Origin: a virus
Lineage: Duplodnaviria; Heunggongvirae; Uroviricota; Caudoviricetes
DNA length: 64,000 nucleotides
Reading direction: 5' to 3' (one strand)
IMG/VR virus record: IMGVR_UViG_3300031418_000001
The notes under the pieces are model-generated. The model did not search any database. It was given only the letters and a program-made list of their open reading frames with translations, and was not told the DNA's origin. Shown one piece after another: positions 40,350 to 51,028 of the stretch (position 1 is the stretch's first letter; every line of letters begins with the position of its first letter). Made by a program: the position numbers and the translations under genes.

Positions 40350-42992
40350 TTAAGCACATTTTTCTACTCTACGTGCTAATGTTTCAGCACGTCTTGTTGT
40401 TTGCGAGTACCATAAAGAATTACGCATACCCGCAGCCGCCGCACGGTAATCACCTTTTGCCATAGCATTGAGTGTTCCCGTGAACTTTCTTACACCACCA
40501 ATACCCATTTGATATACCATTTCAGTAATAACAATCTGAATCATATATGGGGTACTCATGTTATAAGAAGCGTATATTTTCTTAGCATCACGAATTGCTA
40601 TTTTAACGTCCTGCATTAACATTTGTTCTGCTTGTTCTAATGTTACTCCTTGAGAGAAATCTTCACCTGGTTTAATAAAGTGACCAAATCCTACTGAATA
40701 ACCAAAAGCATCACGATATGGATAAGAACGACCGTTAATTGCGTTTCCGAAACCTTCGAATCCTTTTAAATCTGATATTAATAAACCATCTTCATTACTA
40801 ACTTTCCAATCAACAACGGTTTTATCAATACTAACGTTATCATTGATCTGGAAATTAACCGCTTGGCCTTTTTTAGTACTCTTAGTACTGGAAGTTTTTC
40901 TTGGAACACGTTTAGAACCACGTTGTGCATAACCAGACCCAATAGTTTGCACCGAATTAATCATTACAAGATCGGTACTATCAATTGACGGGTCATTACT
41001 GGCAATAGGTTGTGCATTAGGGTTACTACGTTGACCAGCAGTAAGTGATTTATTAGCACATTCAGCACCTTTTCCGGTTACTTTACTGTAGAATAAACCA
41101 GGATCGACAGTTCCATTAAAACCATATAAAGCTGAATCGGCTAATCTAATTTCAAAATAGAAAATACCATTTGCAGTTCCTACTTTCTGGCCTTTTGTTA
41201 CGGTATCACCATTGAATACTGACATATTCACATCATAGAATACGCTTTTATATCCATTGCCATGAAGAATAAAGAAACCAGTGTTATTTTTGCCTACTAT
41301 TCCTTTCTCTGGTGCAACAACATCACCTTTACATTGAATAATCCATCCATTGCGGTTAGATTTACCACCTGTTTCAGTAGCAACATCTTTACCCCAATAT
41401 CCGTACTGACGAATAGTACCTGAACATGGCATAACCATACCCAATGATTCGTAAGTCTGATAATAAGTAACACCACTACCTGGATCGTCATATAACATGT
41501 CTTGGTCAAGTGCTTGTGTTACTGATTGTGTTGTATTAACCATTGCAACAGCTTCTTGACTTGTACGTACTGGTACTTCTGCAAGTACATCATTAGCTGG
41601 TTGTGCTGGTGTTGCTGCTTTAGGCGAAGCAGAATCACCACCCTGCACAGGAGCCGCCATAGCGTCACTGTGGTTAGTTGGGTCTGTGAACGCTGCATGG
41701 TAGTGAATATGATCATTAAGTCCAACAGAAGGTGTCTGGAAGTCAGGGCCACGATAGATCGAGTTAGAACTAACATCACCAGCCAATGTAAGGTTAGTAC
41801 CAGCACCAGTTAAGTGCATTTCTGAACCTTTTGCACTGGTTATATCTTTTGAAGTTAAATTCATTGCTGCACCAGAGGTAATTTCAGTATTAGAACCACT
41901 CTGGAAACGCAATTCAGCACTTGCAAATAAACGCATACTACTACTGGTATTAAAAACAACTTCACCCTGTACTTTAGTATCTAATTTACCTTGCATTTCA
42001 ATTTTACTATCACCATTAACGTGAAAGTTTAAATTACCACCAACTTCAACGTTCCAATCTTTCTTAACAGTGAAATTCATGTCTTCATCGGTACGTATGT
42101 TGATTGAACTATCTGAATGGATATTAATAACCCCTTCAGCAGTCATTTCAATACGAGCAGTACCATCACGGTTAATAACAAAAACATTACCAGTACTTTC
42201 AGATAGCAATATTTGTGCACCACTACGTGTACGTAAACAAATACCTTCATTAGCACGTGAACCAATGCGATTATCATCACTTGGGTTATTCATGCTTGTA
42301 TTTTGGTATCCATCAGGGTCATCATCCCATGAAGGTGCATTTAATTCATCTTCAAGATAACCATCATCAATAACAATACTGTTTTGACGTGGTGATGATA
42401 AACCATATACTGTAGGTACAGTTTGTCTGGTACTACTACGGTTTACTGCACCATAGTCTGTATCATATAAAAGGTTTTGTTTTTTAAGACCTTCAACAAC
42501 AGGCGAGTTAACGTATTTTTCATCAACTACCGTCTGAATACTGTTACGGTCAAAGTCAGTAATTGGAACTGGAGTATCTGTACCGTAATTACTAATTACT
42601 TTCGTTGCCATTCCAGGAACCATAGCATTCATGCGGTCATCATACACTCCACCAAACCAATAAGCATCGTGAACATTACCATTAGCAAAGAATACTGCTA
42701 CTGATGTTCCAACATCTGGAGTAGTAGCCCAAAGACCGTATGACTTTGGGTACTCATTAAATTGTTGTGCGTTACTTGAACCTTTAGTACGTCCTGCAAA
42801 AGCTGACAAATAACGACAAGTGATCCATGATTCTTTAGAACTTTCATTACTCTGTGAACCACTAATCCAAACCTTCAATTTACCTGAACGGGATGGGTCA
42901 CGATTATCTTTAACAACGCCAATTTGAATAAAATTTGGTTCAAAACGTTTATTCTGGTTATTAGCGTACTTTAATTGTTTACTTTCCTGCAT
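40350..42992 (-). CDS. gp5: Baseplate hub / tail-associated lysozyme (gp5-like) with M23-like and lysozyme domains
   Basis: N-terminal OB fold GVVKDNRDPSRSGKLKVWI, beta-helix region, M23-like segment and C-terminal T4 lysozyme (YSVGFGH...EMVYQMG...SLWYSQTTRRA). Confidence 0.85.
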   Translation of the reverse strand: MQESKQLKYANNQNKRFEPNFIQIGVVKDNRDPSRSGKLKVWISGSQSNESSKESWITCRYLSAFAGRTKGSSNAQQFNEYPKSYGLWATTPDVGTSVAVFFANGNVHDAYWFGGVYDDRMNAMVPGMATKVISNYGTDTPVPITDFDRNSIQTVVDEKYVNSPVVEGLKKQNLLYDTDYGAVNRSSTRQTVPTVYGLSSPRQNSIVIDDGYLEDELNAPSWDDDPDGYQNTSMNNPSDDNRIGSRANEGICLRTRSGAQILLSESTGNVFVINRDGTARIEMTAEGVINIHSDSSINIRTDEDMNFTVKKDWNVEVGGNLNFHVNGDSKIEMQGKLDTKVQGEVVFNTSSSMRLFASAELRFQSGSNTEITSGAAMNLTSKDITSAKGSEMHLTGAGTNLTLAGDVSSNSIYRGPDFQTPSVGLNDHIHYHAAFTDPTNHSDAMAAPVQGGDSASPKAATPAQPANDVLAEVPVRTSQEAVAMVNTTQSVTQALDQDMLYDDPGSGVTYYQTYESLGMVMPCSGTIRQYGYWGKDVATETGGKSNRNGWIIQCKGDVVAPEKGIVGKNNTGFFILHGNGYKSVFYDVNMSVFNGDTVTKGQKVGTANGIFYFEIRLADSALYGFNGTVDPGLFYSKVTGKGAECANKSLTAGQRSNPNAQPIASNDPSIDSTDLVMINSVQTIGSGYAQRGSKRVPRKTSSTKSTKKGQAVNFQINDNVSIDKTVVDWKVSNEDGLLISDLKGFEGFGNAINGRSYPYRDAFGYSVGFGHFIKPGEDFSQGVTLEQAEQMLMQDVKIAIRDAKKIYASYNMSTPYMIQIVITEMVYQMGIGGVRKFTGTLNAMAKGDYRAAAAGMRNSLWYSQTTRRAETLARRVEKCA

Positions 42993-45138
42993 TATCTACT
43001 CCATCATCAGCATTTTTTCTAAGGCTTCTTACAATTAATGCTCCATTAATATGTTGTTTAAATGATCCTGAACTAAAGGTATGAGTAATCTGTAGTACTC
43101 TATAAATGGTTTGAGCAAAAACATCTTTATCACTAATATCCATAATACCAGTAACATCACTAATCTTACTCGGTGGCTTAAGATTAAGAATAAGATAACT
43201 TTCAGATGTTAAGAAGTTAGCTGAGTTACGTTCAGCATTTAATTCAATTTGCTGTGCTGTCATTGCAGCATTCAGGTAATTATTGAAAGCATCATCTGAC
43301 CAGCCTAACCAATAAGGATCACCAACAACATCCATATCAAGTTGCATCAAGAATGAACGGTTATAATAGTTTGATTTTGTCATACGACGATATAATTCGA
43401 ATGGCGAACTGTTTTCAGTAATAGTACTACTGTTTGTTTCGGCAATGTTTGCAGTGTCAATTGGAATTGTTTTCACATAACCACCAATTCCATCAGTACC
43501 CAATACATTCAAATCAAATTCATCACGGAAATCCTCAATATATACATCAGTTCCAGGAACCATACTGAGTCCATCATTATCATTTTCACCTTCATATTTT
43601 GCTTTACGTTCATCAAGTGCTATTTGTGCTTCCCGTAAGAATTGTTTTTGTTCTTCAGTTGCTGTACCAGCATTTACATCTTTTTGAACCTTTTCTTTTA
43701 CTTCATATAAATGACCTAAATCACTGTCATTACCAACGTTGAAAGTTTCATTACCGAATACAATTTGCTGTGCAACGTGAGTACCAGCACTGTTTTCTTG
43801 ATCTATAGCACTGTACGGGTTACGGGTAGTAGCCAGATAAAATTGTGAGTCAAATTTAAGATCTAAATTCAGTATTTCACTATTCAATCCAGTGAATTGA
43901 TAGTCATATCTTTTAGCCAGTAATTTAGGCATTTTTGAATTCGGGTCAGTAAATTTAGGAACGTTGTCAATAAAATATTTTAGATTAAAAGAATCAGGTT
44001 GAAGGTCATCATATTCCTTTACATCACCTGTCCAGAATGGTACGATGAAATAACGGTACTTATATGCGGTGGTGCCACGAAATGGGTCATAACCAGCATA
44101 ATTAACTGACGGCACTACCTGAACAAACTGTCTGTTTTTAGGGTCAATGGTATTGTCTGATGTTATACTTGAGCAACAGTCAATCGCATTATCTATAGCA
44201 GTACTGATATTGGTTTTAGCATCAAACCTGAACGTTCTTGAGCCATAGGATAAAGCACTGGTTTTACCTGTCTCATTATCCTGTTTTGAGTCAACTACCA
44301 TCTGCATACCATTCAGCTTTTCGGATACCTGAAAATCAAAAAACTTACCATCATTGAGTAATGGCAGCATGGTTGGTAAGTACCCGTATTGTTCCATTGC
44401 CATTGAATTCATTTTCTTTTCTAATTCAGAAACAAACTGACCAAATGTACTCACGGTACATTCAAATGGTTCTTTAAGAATCCATGCTGGGTTATCGTAT
44501 ACGTTACGTAATGCAACAAGATTCATTTTATGTGTCATAGTACCACCTTCATCAGATGCTGTACTATTAATGGTGTTTATACGAACTTTCCAGTACTTTC
44601 TTGTATCTGGAATTTCCATCATCACACCACTATCTTGATCCTGTCCAATAAATTTAAGTTCAAGAATAAATGGAATATCCATAAACTTTTTGTACTTAAG
44701 CTGGTTAGACATTACAACTAAATCATTTAGCAAATTCATACCATTTTGTTCAGTTAATTCTAAATCAATTTGAAGTACAGAACTGTTGGTAGTTTTTCCT
44801 GGTGTTCCTGGCGATACGCTTGTCATTTTAACGTCATTAATACTATAACGTGCTGATACACCACTTTGTGCAATAACATAGCGTTGAACCTGTTCTTTTG
44901 AATTAACCTGAAATAGTTTAAAGTCAGCAGCACTCATTGCATATAAAGAAAAATTGTAAGTATAATTATGATATTTTAAAAGAACATTTTCCTGTTCAAT
45001 AATCGCATTATTCAAGTCAGCATTAATAACCCCATCATAAGGGTTATAATTTTCTGGATTGTATGGATTATTAGGGTCAGTTGCGACCTCATCAGGTTTT
45101 GTTCTTGCATTTACGTTAGATGAAAAAGCGTTTGCCAT
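42979..45138 (-). CDS. Baseplate hub protein (gp27/gp44-like)
   Basis: NVLLKYHNYTYNFSLY at the N-terminus; C-terminal MDVVGDPYWLG...YRVLQITHTFSSGSFKQHI. Confidence 0.65.
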   Translation of the reverse strand: MANAFSSNVNARTKPDEVATDPNNPYNPENYNPYDGVINADLNNAIIEQENVLLKYHNYTYNFSLYAMSAADFKLFQVNSKEQVQRYVIAQSGVSARYSINDVKMTSVSPGTPGKTTNSSVLQIDLELTEQNGMNLLNDLVVMSNQLKYKKFMDIPFILELKFIGQDQDSGVMMEIPDTRKYWKVRINTINSTASDEGGTMTHKMNLVALRNVYDNPAWILKEPFECTVSTFGQFVSELEKKMNSMAMEQYGYLPTMLPLLNDGKFFDFQVSEKLNGMQMVVDSKQDNETGKTSALSYGSRTFRFDAKTNISTAIDNAIDCCSSITSDNTIDPKNRQFVQVVPSVNYAGYDPFRGTTAYKYRYFIVPFWTGDVKEYDDLQPDSFNLKYFIDNVPKFTDPNSKMPKLLAKRYDYQFTGLNSEILNLDLKFDSQFYLATTRNPYSAIDQENSAGTHVAQQIVFGNETFNVGNDSDLGHLYEVKEKVQKDVNAGTATEEQKQFLREAQIALDERKAKYEGENDNDGLSMVPGTDVYIEDFRDEFDLNVLGTDGIGGYVKTIPIDTANIAETNSSTITENSSPFELYRRMTKSNYYNRSFLMQLDMDVVGDPYWLGWSDDAFNNYLNAAMTAQQIELNAERNSANFLTSESYLILNLKPPSKISDVTGIMDISDKDVFAQTIYRVLQITHTFSSGSFKQHINGALIVRSLRKNADDGVDNAGK

Positions 45139-45150
45139 GTTGTTACTCCG

Positions 45151-45450
45151 TTATTTTAAATATCTCTGAACACGTTCAGTAGTAGGTACTCTAATTTCAA
45201 TACCAGCTTTAAAATCGTAAACAGGATCTTGAATAAGGTCTGGATTTAATAATGCAAAAATATAATACAATCTTTCATTGCCATATAAATCTTTGGCAAG
45301 TCTCCAAGGTTGTTCATCATACATTGGGTCAATAGTGTACAACACATCAGAATCTGCTTTAGGTAATGATGGTTGTTCATAATAATCCATATACCAGGAT
45401 GTTTGTTTAGCCTTATAGTAAGGCGAATAGATACTGTATTGTTGAGCCAT
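45151..45450 (-). CDS. Baseplate wedge protein (gp53-like, LysM-like)
   Basis: YTIDPMYDEQPWRLAKDLYGNERLYYIFALLN...DFKAGIEIRVP. Confidence 0.75.
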   Translation of the reverse strand: MAQQYSIYSPYYKAKQTSWYMDYYEQPSLPKADSDVLYTIDPMYDEQPWRLAKDLYGNERLYYIFALLNPDLIQDPVYDFKAGIEIRVPTTERVQRYLK

Positions 45451-46316
45451 TAAATGAATCCTCCTTTACGTAATAAATCACCACGTTTATATGCGTTAAG
45501 GTTAAATTTCTTACTCATAAAGTCGGGCGTTGGTTGTTGTTCAAGCTGTACTGAAATACTCATTTTTTGAGGAACATAAACCATGTTTTCCTGATTTTGA
45601 ATTCCGTTAACACGAATACTGTTATAGAAAGCATTAATATCAGATGTTTTAGTATTAAACACGTTAACGTTAAGTGCATTCGATGCAGAAATTTTAGATT
45701 GAACTGAGTTAATAGCTGTTTGTTTAACAGTCTGGAAGTTACTGTATGTTTTAATGTTACTTGCTAAACCACCAATTGTATTATTAGCTGAAACAGCAGT
45801 AGTACCTTGCGTTGTTAATGGTACTAATACCATGTCAACATCTTCGGCAAAATCAAACGATACTGATTTTACAACTACTGGTATGTCATTATACATATAT
45901 CTACCATAAGCACTGAATAACAAAATTGGAGGCGGTGCTCCAAGTACTCCAAAATCAGGGTTATGATATTGTTCTGCTTGTCTACCAAAGTCCATTAAGG
46001 TAACTGAACGTAAAAAGGTGATACAAGCAAGTAAGTACATTGCTTCTGAACCTGTACCGGCATAAAATTCACCTTGAACGGAAAGAGTTGTGTTATTAGT
46101 GTTACGATAGTTGTTGTATCCACTATTGGTATGTACTGGTTGCTGTGATTCATAGTTTACCTGACGGCTTTCTCTAATAGTTGGAGTATAGTTCCACACC
46201 ATTCCATTAGTTGTTCTCAGGATTGATAATATAGATGGCTGTGATCTATTTAAATCTCCGTATACATAAGTTGCAGCAGCATCTTTAGGTCTTAAACGTA
46301 CTCTACGATCGTTCAT
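45450..46316 (-). CDS. Tail tube initiator / baseplate protein (gp48/gp54-like)
   Basis: WNYTPTI...FLRSVT...GAPPPILLFSAYG...PVVVKS. Confidence 0.6.
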   Translation of the reverse strand: MNDRRVRLRPKDAAATYVYGDLNRSQPSILSILRTTNGMVWNYTPTIRESRQVNYESQQPVHTNSGYNNYRNTNNTTLSVQGEFYAGTGSEAMYLLACITFLRSVTLMDFGRQAEQYHNPDFGVLGAPPPILLFSAYGRYMYNDIPVVVKSVSFDFAEDVDMVLVPLTTQGTTAVSANNTIGGLASNIKTYSNFQTVKQTAINSVQSKISASNALNVNVFNTKTSDINAFYNSIRVNGIQNQENMVYVPQKMSISVQLEQQPTPDFMSKKFNLNAYKRGDLLRKGGFI

Positions 46317-46372
46317 TATAATTCTCCTTAGTACTTAAACATTGTTGTGTACTTTGAATGTATTTATTTGAC

Positions 46373-46401
46373 TGAAACATTTTCCCATTGTGTGCTATAC
46401 T
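46373..46401 (+). promoter_or_regulatory. Putative middle promoter TGAAAC-N17-TATACT (gp55-47-46 operon)
   Basis: Motif match, back-to-back with minus-strand TAAATA at 46361-46366. Confidence 0.72.
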
Positions 46402-46452
46402 ATAAGTACGAACAAGGATCGTTCGAAGTTTTACTATGAGATGGAGCTATAA

Positions 46453-47322
46453 ATGAGTATTGTTAAACGACCGAAGAAAAAATATTTGAATAACGCAGAT
46501 TTGCTGCGTGAGATTCAAAAAAGTAAAATGTCATATTCTTATGTATTGGATGAGTCCTTTAGCATGTACGATTACATCGTATTTGATGAAGGTGAAGTGA
46601 CTCATGAGGTACTTGAGATTGCAGCAGAAGAAAGAAAGAAACGTTTGAATAATGAAATTGTTGATAAAATTCAAATTGAAAATGGTTTTATCAAAAGACG
46701 AGCTAAAGAATTTGCTGAAGAAAATTCACTCCTGATTACTGATGTTCCACTGGATGAAGTAGTTATCCGTGTTATTACAAATGAACATATTCCATATGTG
46801 TCAAAAGATAGTGATAAAAAAATTCGTACTAATTTCGAACCTTTTAAGCACTATATCGTAGATGGTTCAGGTGAACTTATCGAAGTAGCACGTTCACACT
46901 GGCGTGGTGATTTGGAAGACGGTGAATTTAGTTTAACTGCTGGACGGTTAACGAATGAACTTGGGAAGATGTTTATTAAACTTGCTGAACATTATGCACA
47001 AAGAGCAAACTACCGTAATTATACATACATTGATGAAATGATGGGTGATGCTCGTATTCAGTTAGTAAAGAATGCATTACTATTCAACGAAAGTATATTT
47101 TTTGATAAGAAACGTGATAAGCCTGTAATACAACTTAATCCATTTGCTTATTATACATCATTTGTGAATAACGCATTCCGTTCGGTACTGAATACTGAAA
47201 AGCAAGTACGTAATATTCGTGATGATTTACTGGAAATGAACGGTTTTGATCCGAGCTTTACCAGACAAATTGAAATGGAAATGAAGATGATTGAAGGGAA
47301 GCAAAATCGTGGCTCTGTTTAA
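46453..47322 (+). CDS. gp55: Late-transcription sigma factor (T4 gp55-like)
   Basis: YLNNADLLREI...LGKMFIKLAEHYAQRANYRNYTYIDEM...NPFAYYT; located next to gp47/46. Confidence 0.88.
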   Translation: MSIVKRPKKKYLNNADLLREIQKSKMSYSYVLDESFSMYDYIVFDEGEVTHEVLEIAAEERKKRLNNEIVDKIQIENGFIKRRAKEFAEENSLLITDVPLDEVVIRVITNEHIPYVSKDSDKKIRTNFEPFKHYIVDGSGELIEVARSHWRGDLEDGEFSLTAGRLTNELGKMFIKLAEHYAQRANYRNYTYIDEMMGDARIQLVKNALLFNESIFFDKKRDKPVIQLNPFAYYTSFVNNAFRSVLNTEKQVRNIRDDLLEMNGFDPSFTRQIEMEMKMIEGKQNRGSV

Positions 47323-48337
47323 TAAAGCAATTACATTTACCGATATGCATTTAGGATTACGTAATAATAGCAAACAACATAATGAAGACTGTGTAAAGTT
47401 CACTGAGTTCATGATTGGAAAAGCTAAAGAACGTGATATTAAAACATGTATATTCATGGGAGATTTCTTCCATAACAGAAGTAATATCAATATCAGTACT
47501 CTTGATTATGGTTTAAAGGTACTTGAACTTCTAAATGATAACTTCAATGAAGTTTATTTTATCGTTGGAAACCATGATATGTACCATAAAAATAAACGTG
47601 ATATTGCAAGTACAAATATTGCAAGTAAGTTTCCTAATATTAAATTAATCAATCAGATTGAAACTATTGATGATTGCAGTTTCGTACCTTTTATGGTTGA
47701 TAATGAGTATGAAGTACTACCAACACTGAAAAGCAAATATGTTTTCGGTCACTTGGAATTGCCTGGGTACTTACTGAATAAGATGATTGAAATGCCTGAT
47801 CATGGGAAAGAAACTGAAGACTCATTCAAAGGATGTGAATATGTTTTTAGTGGACACTTTCATAAACGGCAGACAAGAATAACAACATCAGGTACAAATG
47901 TTATCTATACCGGTAACTGCTTTCCTCATAACTACTCAGATGCATGGGATGATGCACGTGGAGTTATGATTCTGGAGCATGGAGTATCCCCCGAATTTAT
48001 AGCATGGGATGATGCCCCTAAATACAGAACATTTTCACTATCAGAACTTCTGTCTGAACCTGATTTCTACATTGAGAAGAACACTATATCAAAGGTACTC
48101 GTTGATATAAACATCAATATGGATGAGATCAGTTTTATTCGTGAAACATTTAGTACCCTGTTTGAAGTGCGTGAATTTAACGTAATTCCAAATAAGAAAG
48201 GAATGACAGAATTCGATGAATATGAAGGTGATGTAGAAACCGAAACTGTAGATGAGATTGTTATTGCACAAATTAATTCACTGGACGTGAATCATATTCA
48301 AAAAGAACTACTTATTCAAATATATTTGTCTTTATAA
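47291..48337 (+). CDS. gp47: Recombination endonuclease subunit (Mre11/SbcD-like)
   Basis: TDMHLG, GDFFH, VGNHD, GHLE and SGHFH metallophosphoesterase motifs. The true start may be slightly downstream. Confidence 0.93.
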   Translation: MKGSKIVALFNKAITFTDMHLGLRNNSKQHNEDCVKFTEFMIGKAKERDIKTCIFMGDFFHNRSNINISTLDYGLKVLELLNDNFNEVYFIVGNHDMYHKNKRDIASTNIASKFPNIKLINQIETIDDCSFVPFMVDNEYEVLPTLKSKYVFGHLELPGYLLNKMIEMPDHGKETEDSFKGCEYVFSGHFHKRQTRITTSGTNVIYTGNCFPHNYSDAWDDARGVMILEHGVSPEFIAWDDAPKYRTFSLSELLSEPDFYIEKNTISKVLVDININMDEISFIRETFSTLFEVREFNVIPNKKGMTEFDEYEGDVETETVDEIVIAQINSLDVNHIQKELLIQIYLSL

Positions 48338-48348
48338 AAGGATTTATA

Positions 48349-50487
48349 ATGTTATTATTCAAAAAAATTAGTATGAGAAACTTTTTCTCTTTTGGTAACG
48401 TACCACAGGTGGTAGATCTTGATTCAAATACTCTTACTTTAATCCTTGGACAAAATAATGATGCTCTCAGCACTGAAGGTGCTGAGGGTGCTCGTAATGG
48501 CGTAGGCAAGTCTGCAATCATTCAGGGGCTTGCCTTTGGTCTTTATGGTAAAAGTATTGATAACAGTATTAAAATACCAAACTTGGTGAACAAAATCAAT
48601 GAGAAGCAATGTGAAGTAACTATCGAATTCGAAAAAGATGGTATGTCATATCGAGTAGAACGTGGACGTTCTCCTACTTTCTTCAACTTCTACAAAAATG
48701 ATTCAAAAGTAGAATCAGATGAAAGCCGTGGAGAAATGAAAGATACCCAAGAAGAACTTTTAGAAGTACTTGGTATTTCCCAAACACTATTTGAACACAT
48801 TGTTATTCTTAATACTAACGTACAACCTTTCTTGGCGTTAAGTACTTCAAAACAACGTGACATGATTGAAGAACTACTTGGTATCACTCAGCTTACTGAG
48901 AAAGCAAGTCTCCTTAAAGATATGTATAAGGAATCAAAAAGACTTGCTGACCAAGAGAAGTTTAAATTGGAAACAATTACAGAAAGTAATAAAAAGATTG
49001 AACGTAGTATTTCTTCACTTGAAGAACAAGCAGCAATGTTTGAAATGAAAAAAGAAGAAAAGATTCGTGAGTTACAAAGTAACCTTGAACAATTGGGTGT
49101 AGTTGATTTCAATGTTTTAATGAAAGAAGCAACCCGTCAAGGTATGATTCGTGATGATAACGATAAGATCGTTAAATTAAATGCATCATTAAGAGATTCA
49201 GAAGCTAAGCGTGATAAATTTAATGAAAACATTCAACTACAACGTTCATCTATTATCAAGCAAATTGAAGTACTGAAAGAACTTGATATTTCTTCTGAGT
49301 TGGCATTACATGAAGATGTTCAGGCTTGGGAACAGTTGAGTACTATTCTATCTGAAATGAAGAATAGCTATGCACTTATCAGTTCTAAGATTCAAAACCA
49401 TGAACGTCTACTAAAAAATTCTAAAGATAAACTTCTTAAAGAAGAACAATTAGTACTTGATTTAGAAAAATCACAATGTCCTATGTGTAAACAACATTTA
49501 GACCACACTGATTCTCATAAATCACTACTTGATAAATGTAATTCTAACATTGCCAGTATACAAGATGAAATAAGTACTTATGAAAGTGAGATTGATACAC
49601 TAAAATCATCACTACCTGAACTATTTGAAATGCCAGTTAAGCCTGTTACATTTTACAGTACATTATCTGAAGCTAAGTTACATGAACATAAGTTAGAATC
49701 ACTTGAAAAAGCACTACAAGATGAACAATCTAACCCATATGAATCTGATATTGCTGAAATTAAGGAACAATTAAGTACTTTAGTACATATTGATATTCCT
49801 GATAATGAATATATGGATATTGGTACTATTAGTATGCTCCAATTTCAGAAAAAGAGTATTGAGAAGTCATTAAAAGAAGCACTTGAATCAGAAAATACGT
49901 ATTTCAAGCAAATTGAAACATTAAAGAACGATTCTTTGCAGATTGTTGATTGGGATGAATATAATAGATTGGTTACGTTATCAGAACACCAAGATTTCCT
50001 GTTAAAACTACTAACGAACAAAGATTCTCATGTTCGTAAACGTATTATTGAGCAGAACATTCAGTTCCTTAACAAAAGACTATCTTTTTATATTGAGAAA
50101 AGCGGTTCTAATCATTTAGTTGAGTTCATGAATGATTTAAGTGTTGATATTTCAATGAACGGTAAGTCATATGACTACTCACAGTTATCAAGAGGTGAGA
50201 GAAACCGTGTTATTATTTCACTGAACCTTGCATTCCGTGATACATACGAATCACTATATCAGAACATCAATATTCTTTTCGTTGATGAGATAATTGATAA
50301 TGGTCTTGACAGTTCTGGTGTATATAATGCTTGGAGTATCCTACAAGATTTAAGTGCAACACGCAATAAGAACATTTACGTGGTATCACATCGTGAAGAA
50401 CTATTGAGTAAAGCATCTAATATTCTGAAGGTAGTAAAAGAAGATTCATTCAGTACTATTGAGTACTGTACATCTGACGACTTTTAA
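48349..50487 (+). CDS. gp46: Recombination ATPase subunit (Rad50/SbcC-like)
   Basis: NFFSFGN, Walker A NGVGKS, zinc hook CPMC, signature LSRGE, Walker B LFVDE and VSH. Confidence 0.93.
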   Translation: MLLFKKISMRNFFSFGNVPQVVDLDSNTLTLILGQNNDALSTEGAEGARNGVGKSAIIQGLAFGLYGKSIDNSIKIPNLVNKINEKQCEVTIEFEKDGMSYRVERGRSPTFFNFYKNDSKVESDESRGEMKDTQEELLEVLGISQTLFEHIVILNTNVQPFLALSTSKQRDMIEELLGITQLTEKASLLKDMYKESKRLADQEKFKLETITESNKKIERSISSLEEQAAMFEMKKEEKIRELQSNLEQLGVVDFNVLMKEATRQGMIRDDNDKIVKLNASLRDSEAKRDKFNENIQLQRSSIIKQIEVLKELDISSELALHEDVQAWEQLSTILSEMKNSYALISSKIQNHERLLKNSKDKLLKEEQLVLDLEKSQCPMCKQHLDHTDSHKSLLDKCNSNIASIQDEISTYESEIDTLKSSLPELFEMPVKPVTFYSTLSEAKLHEHKLESLEKALQDEQSNPYESDIAEIKEQLSTLVHIDIPDNEYMDIGTISMLQFQKKSIEKSLKEALESENTYFKQIETLKNDSLQIVDWDEYNRLVTLSEHQDFLLKLLTNKDSHVRKRIIEQNIQFLNKRLSFYIEKSGSNHLVEFMNDLSVDISMNGKSYDYSQLSRGERNRVIISLNLAFRDTYESLYQNINILFVDEIIDNGLDSSGVYNAWSILQDLSATRNKNIYVVSHREELLSKASNILKVVKEDSFSTIEYCTSDDF

Positions 50488-50489
50488 AC

Positions 50490-50517
50490 AAAAAGGGAGC
50501 CTTAGCTCCCTTTTTTT
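50490..50517. terminator. Bidirectional terminator
   Basis: A5-GGGAGC-ctta-GCTCCC-T7. Confidence 0.88.
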
Positions 50518-50984
50518 ATATCTAACATATTAAGTGCACCAGTTTTTATCAACTTACGGGCTTGATTTGCACGTTTCTTAACGTTCGTTTCAGGTTGAAC
50601 CCCTAAGTTAATAAGAATTTCACGTTGCTTGTCAGCAGGCAACGCTTTGAACTTATTCACATCAACTGATAAGGCAGTATGATGGATTTTGTTTGAAGAA
50701 TAATCTTGCTCTAAATAATCCGCAAGATTTCTAAGGACTTCTGGTAAAGGTTTATCAGTAAGATGTTTCATATATCTGTTGAAACTATTCTGTACTTTAC
50801 CTTCAAACGAGTTACATTCACGTTGAAGTACTTGACGGCATCTTTGTTCACCGAAATGTTGGTGGTCAAGTACTGGATCATGAATCTTTTCTTTTGTGAT
50901 TGGGTCAATGTTATTTTGTTTCTTCAATAATTCATTACGATAAGTACCAGCATCCTTACTATCTTTTAATCTGTTGTTTTCCAT
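50502..50984 (-). CDS. gp49: Recombination endonuclease VII (Holliday junction resolvase)
   Basis: DPIT...PVLDHQH...CRQVLQRECNSFEG...LRNLADYL. Confidence 0.85.
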   Translation of the reverse strand: MENNRLKDSKDAGTYRNELLKKQNNIDPITKEKIHDPVLDHQHFGEQRCRQVLQRECNSFEGKVQNSFNRYMKHLTDKPLPEVLRNLADYLEQDYSSNKIHHTALSVDVNKFKALPADKQREILINLGVQPETNVKKRANQARKLIKTGALNMLDIKKGS

Positions 50985-51028
50985 ATTTAAGTACTCATAT
51001 AATTACATATTAAGTATTTACAAAAAAC

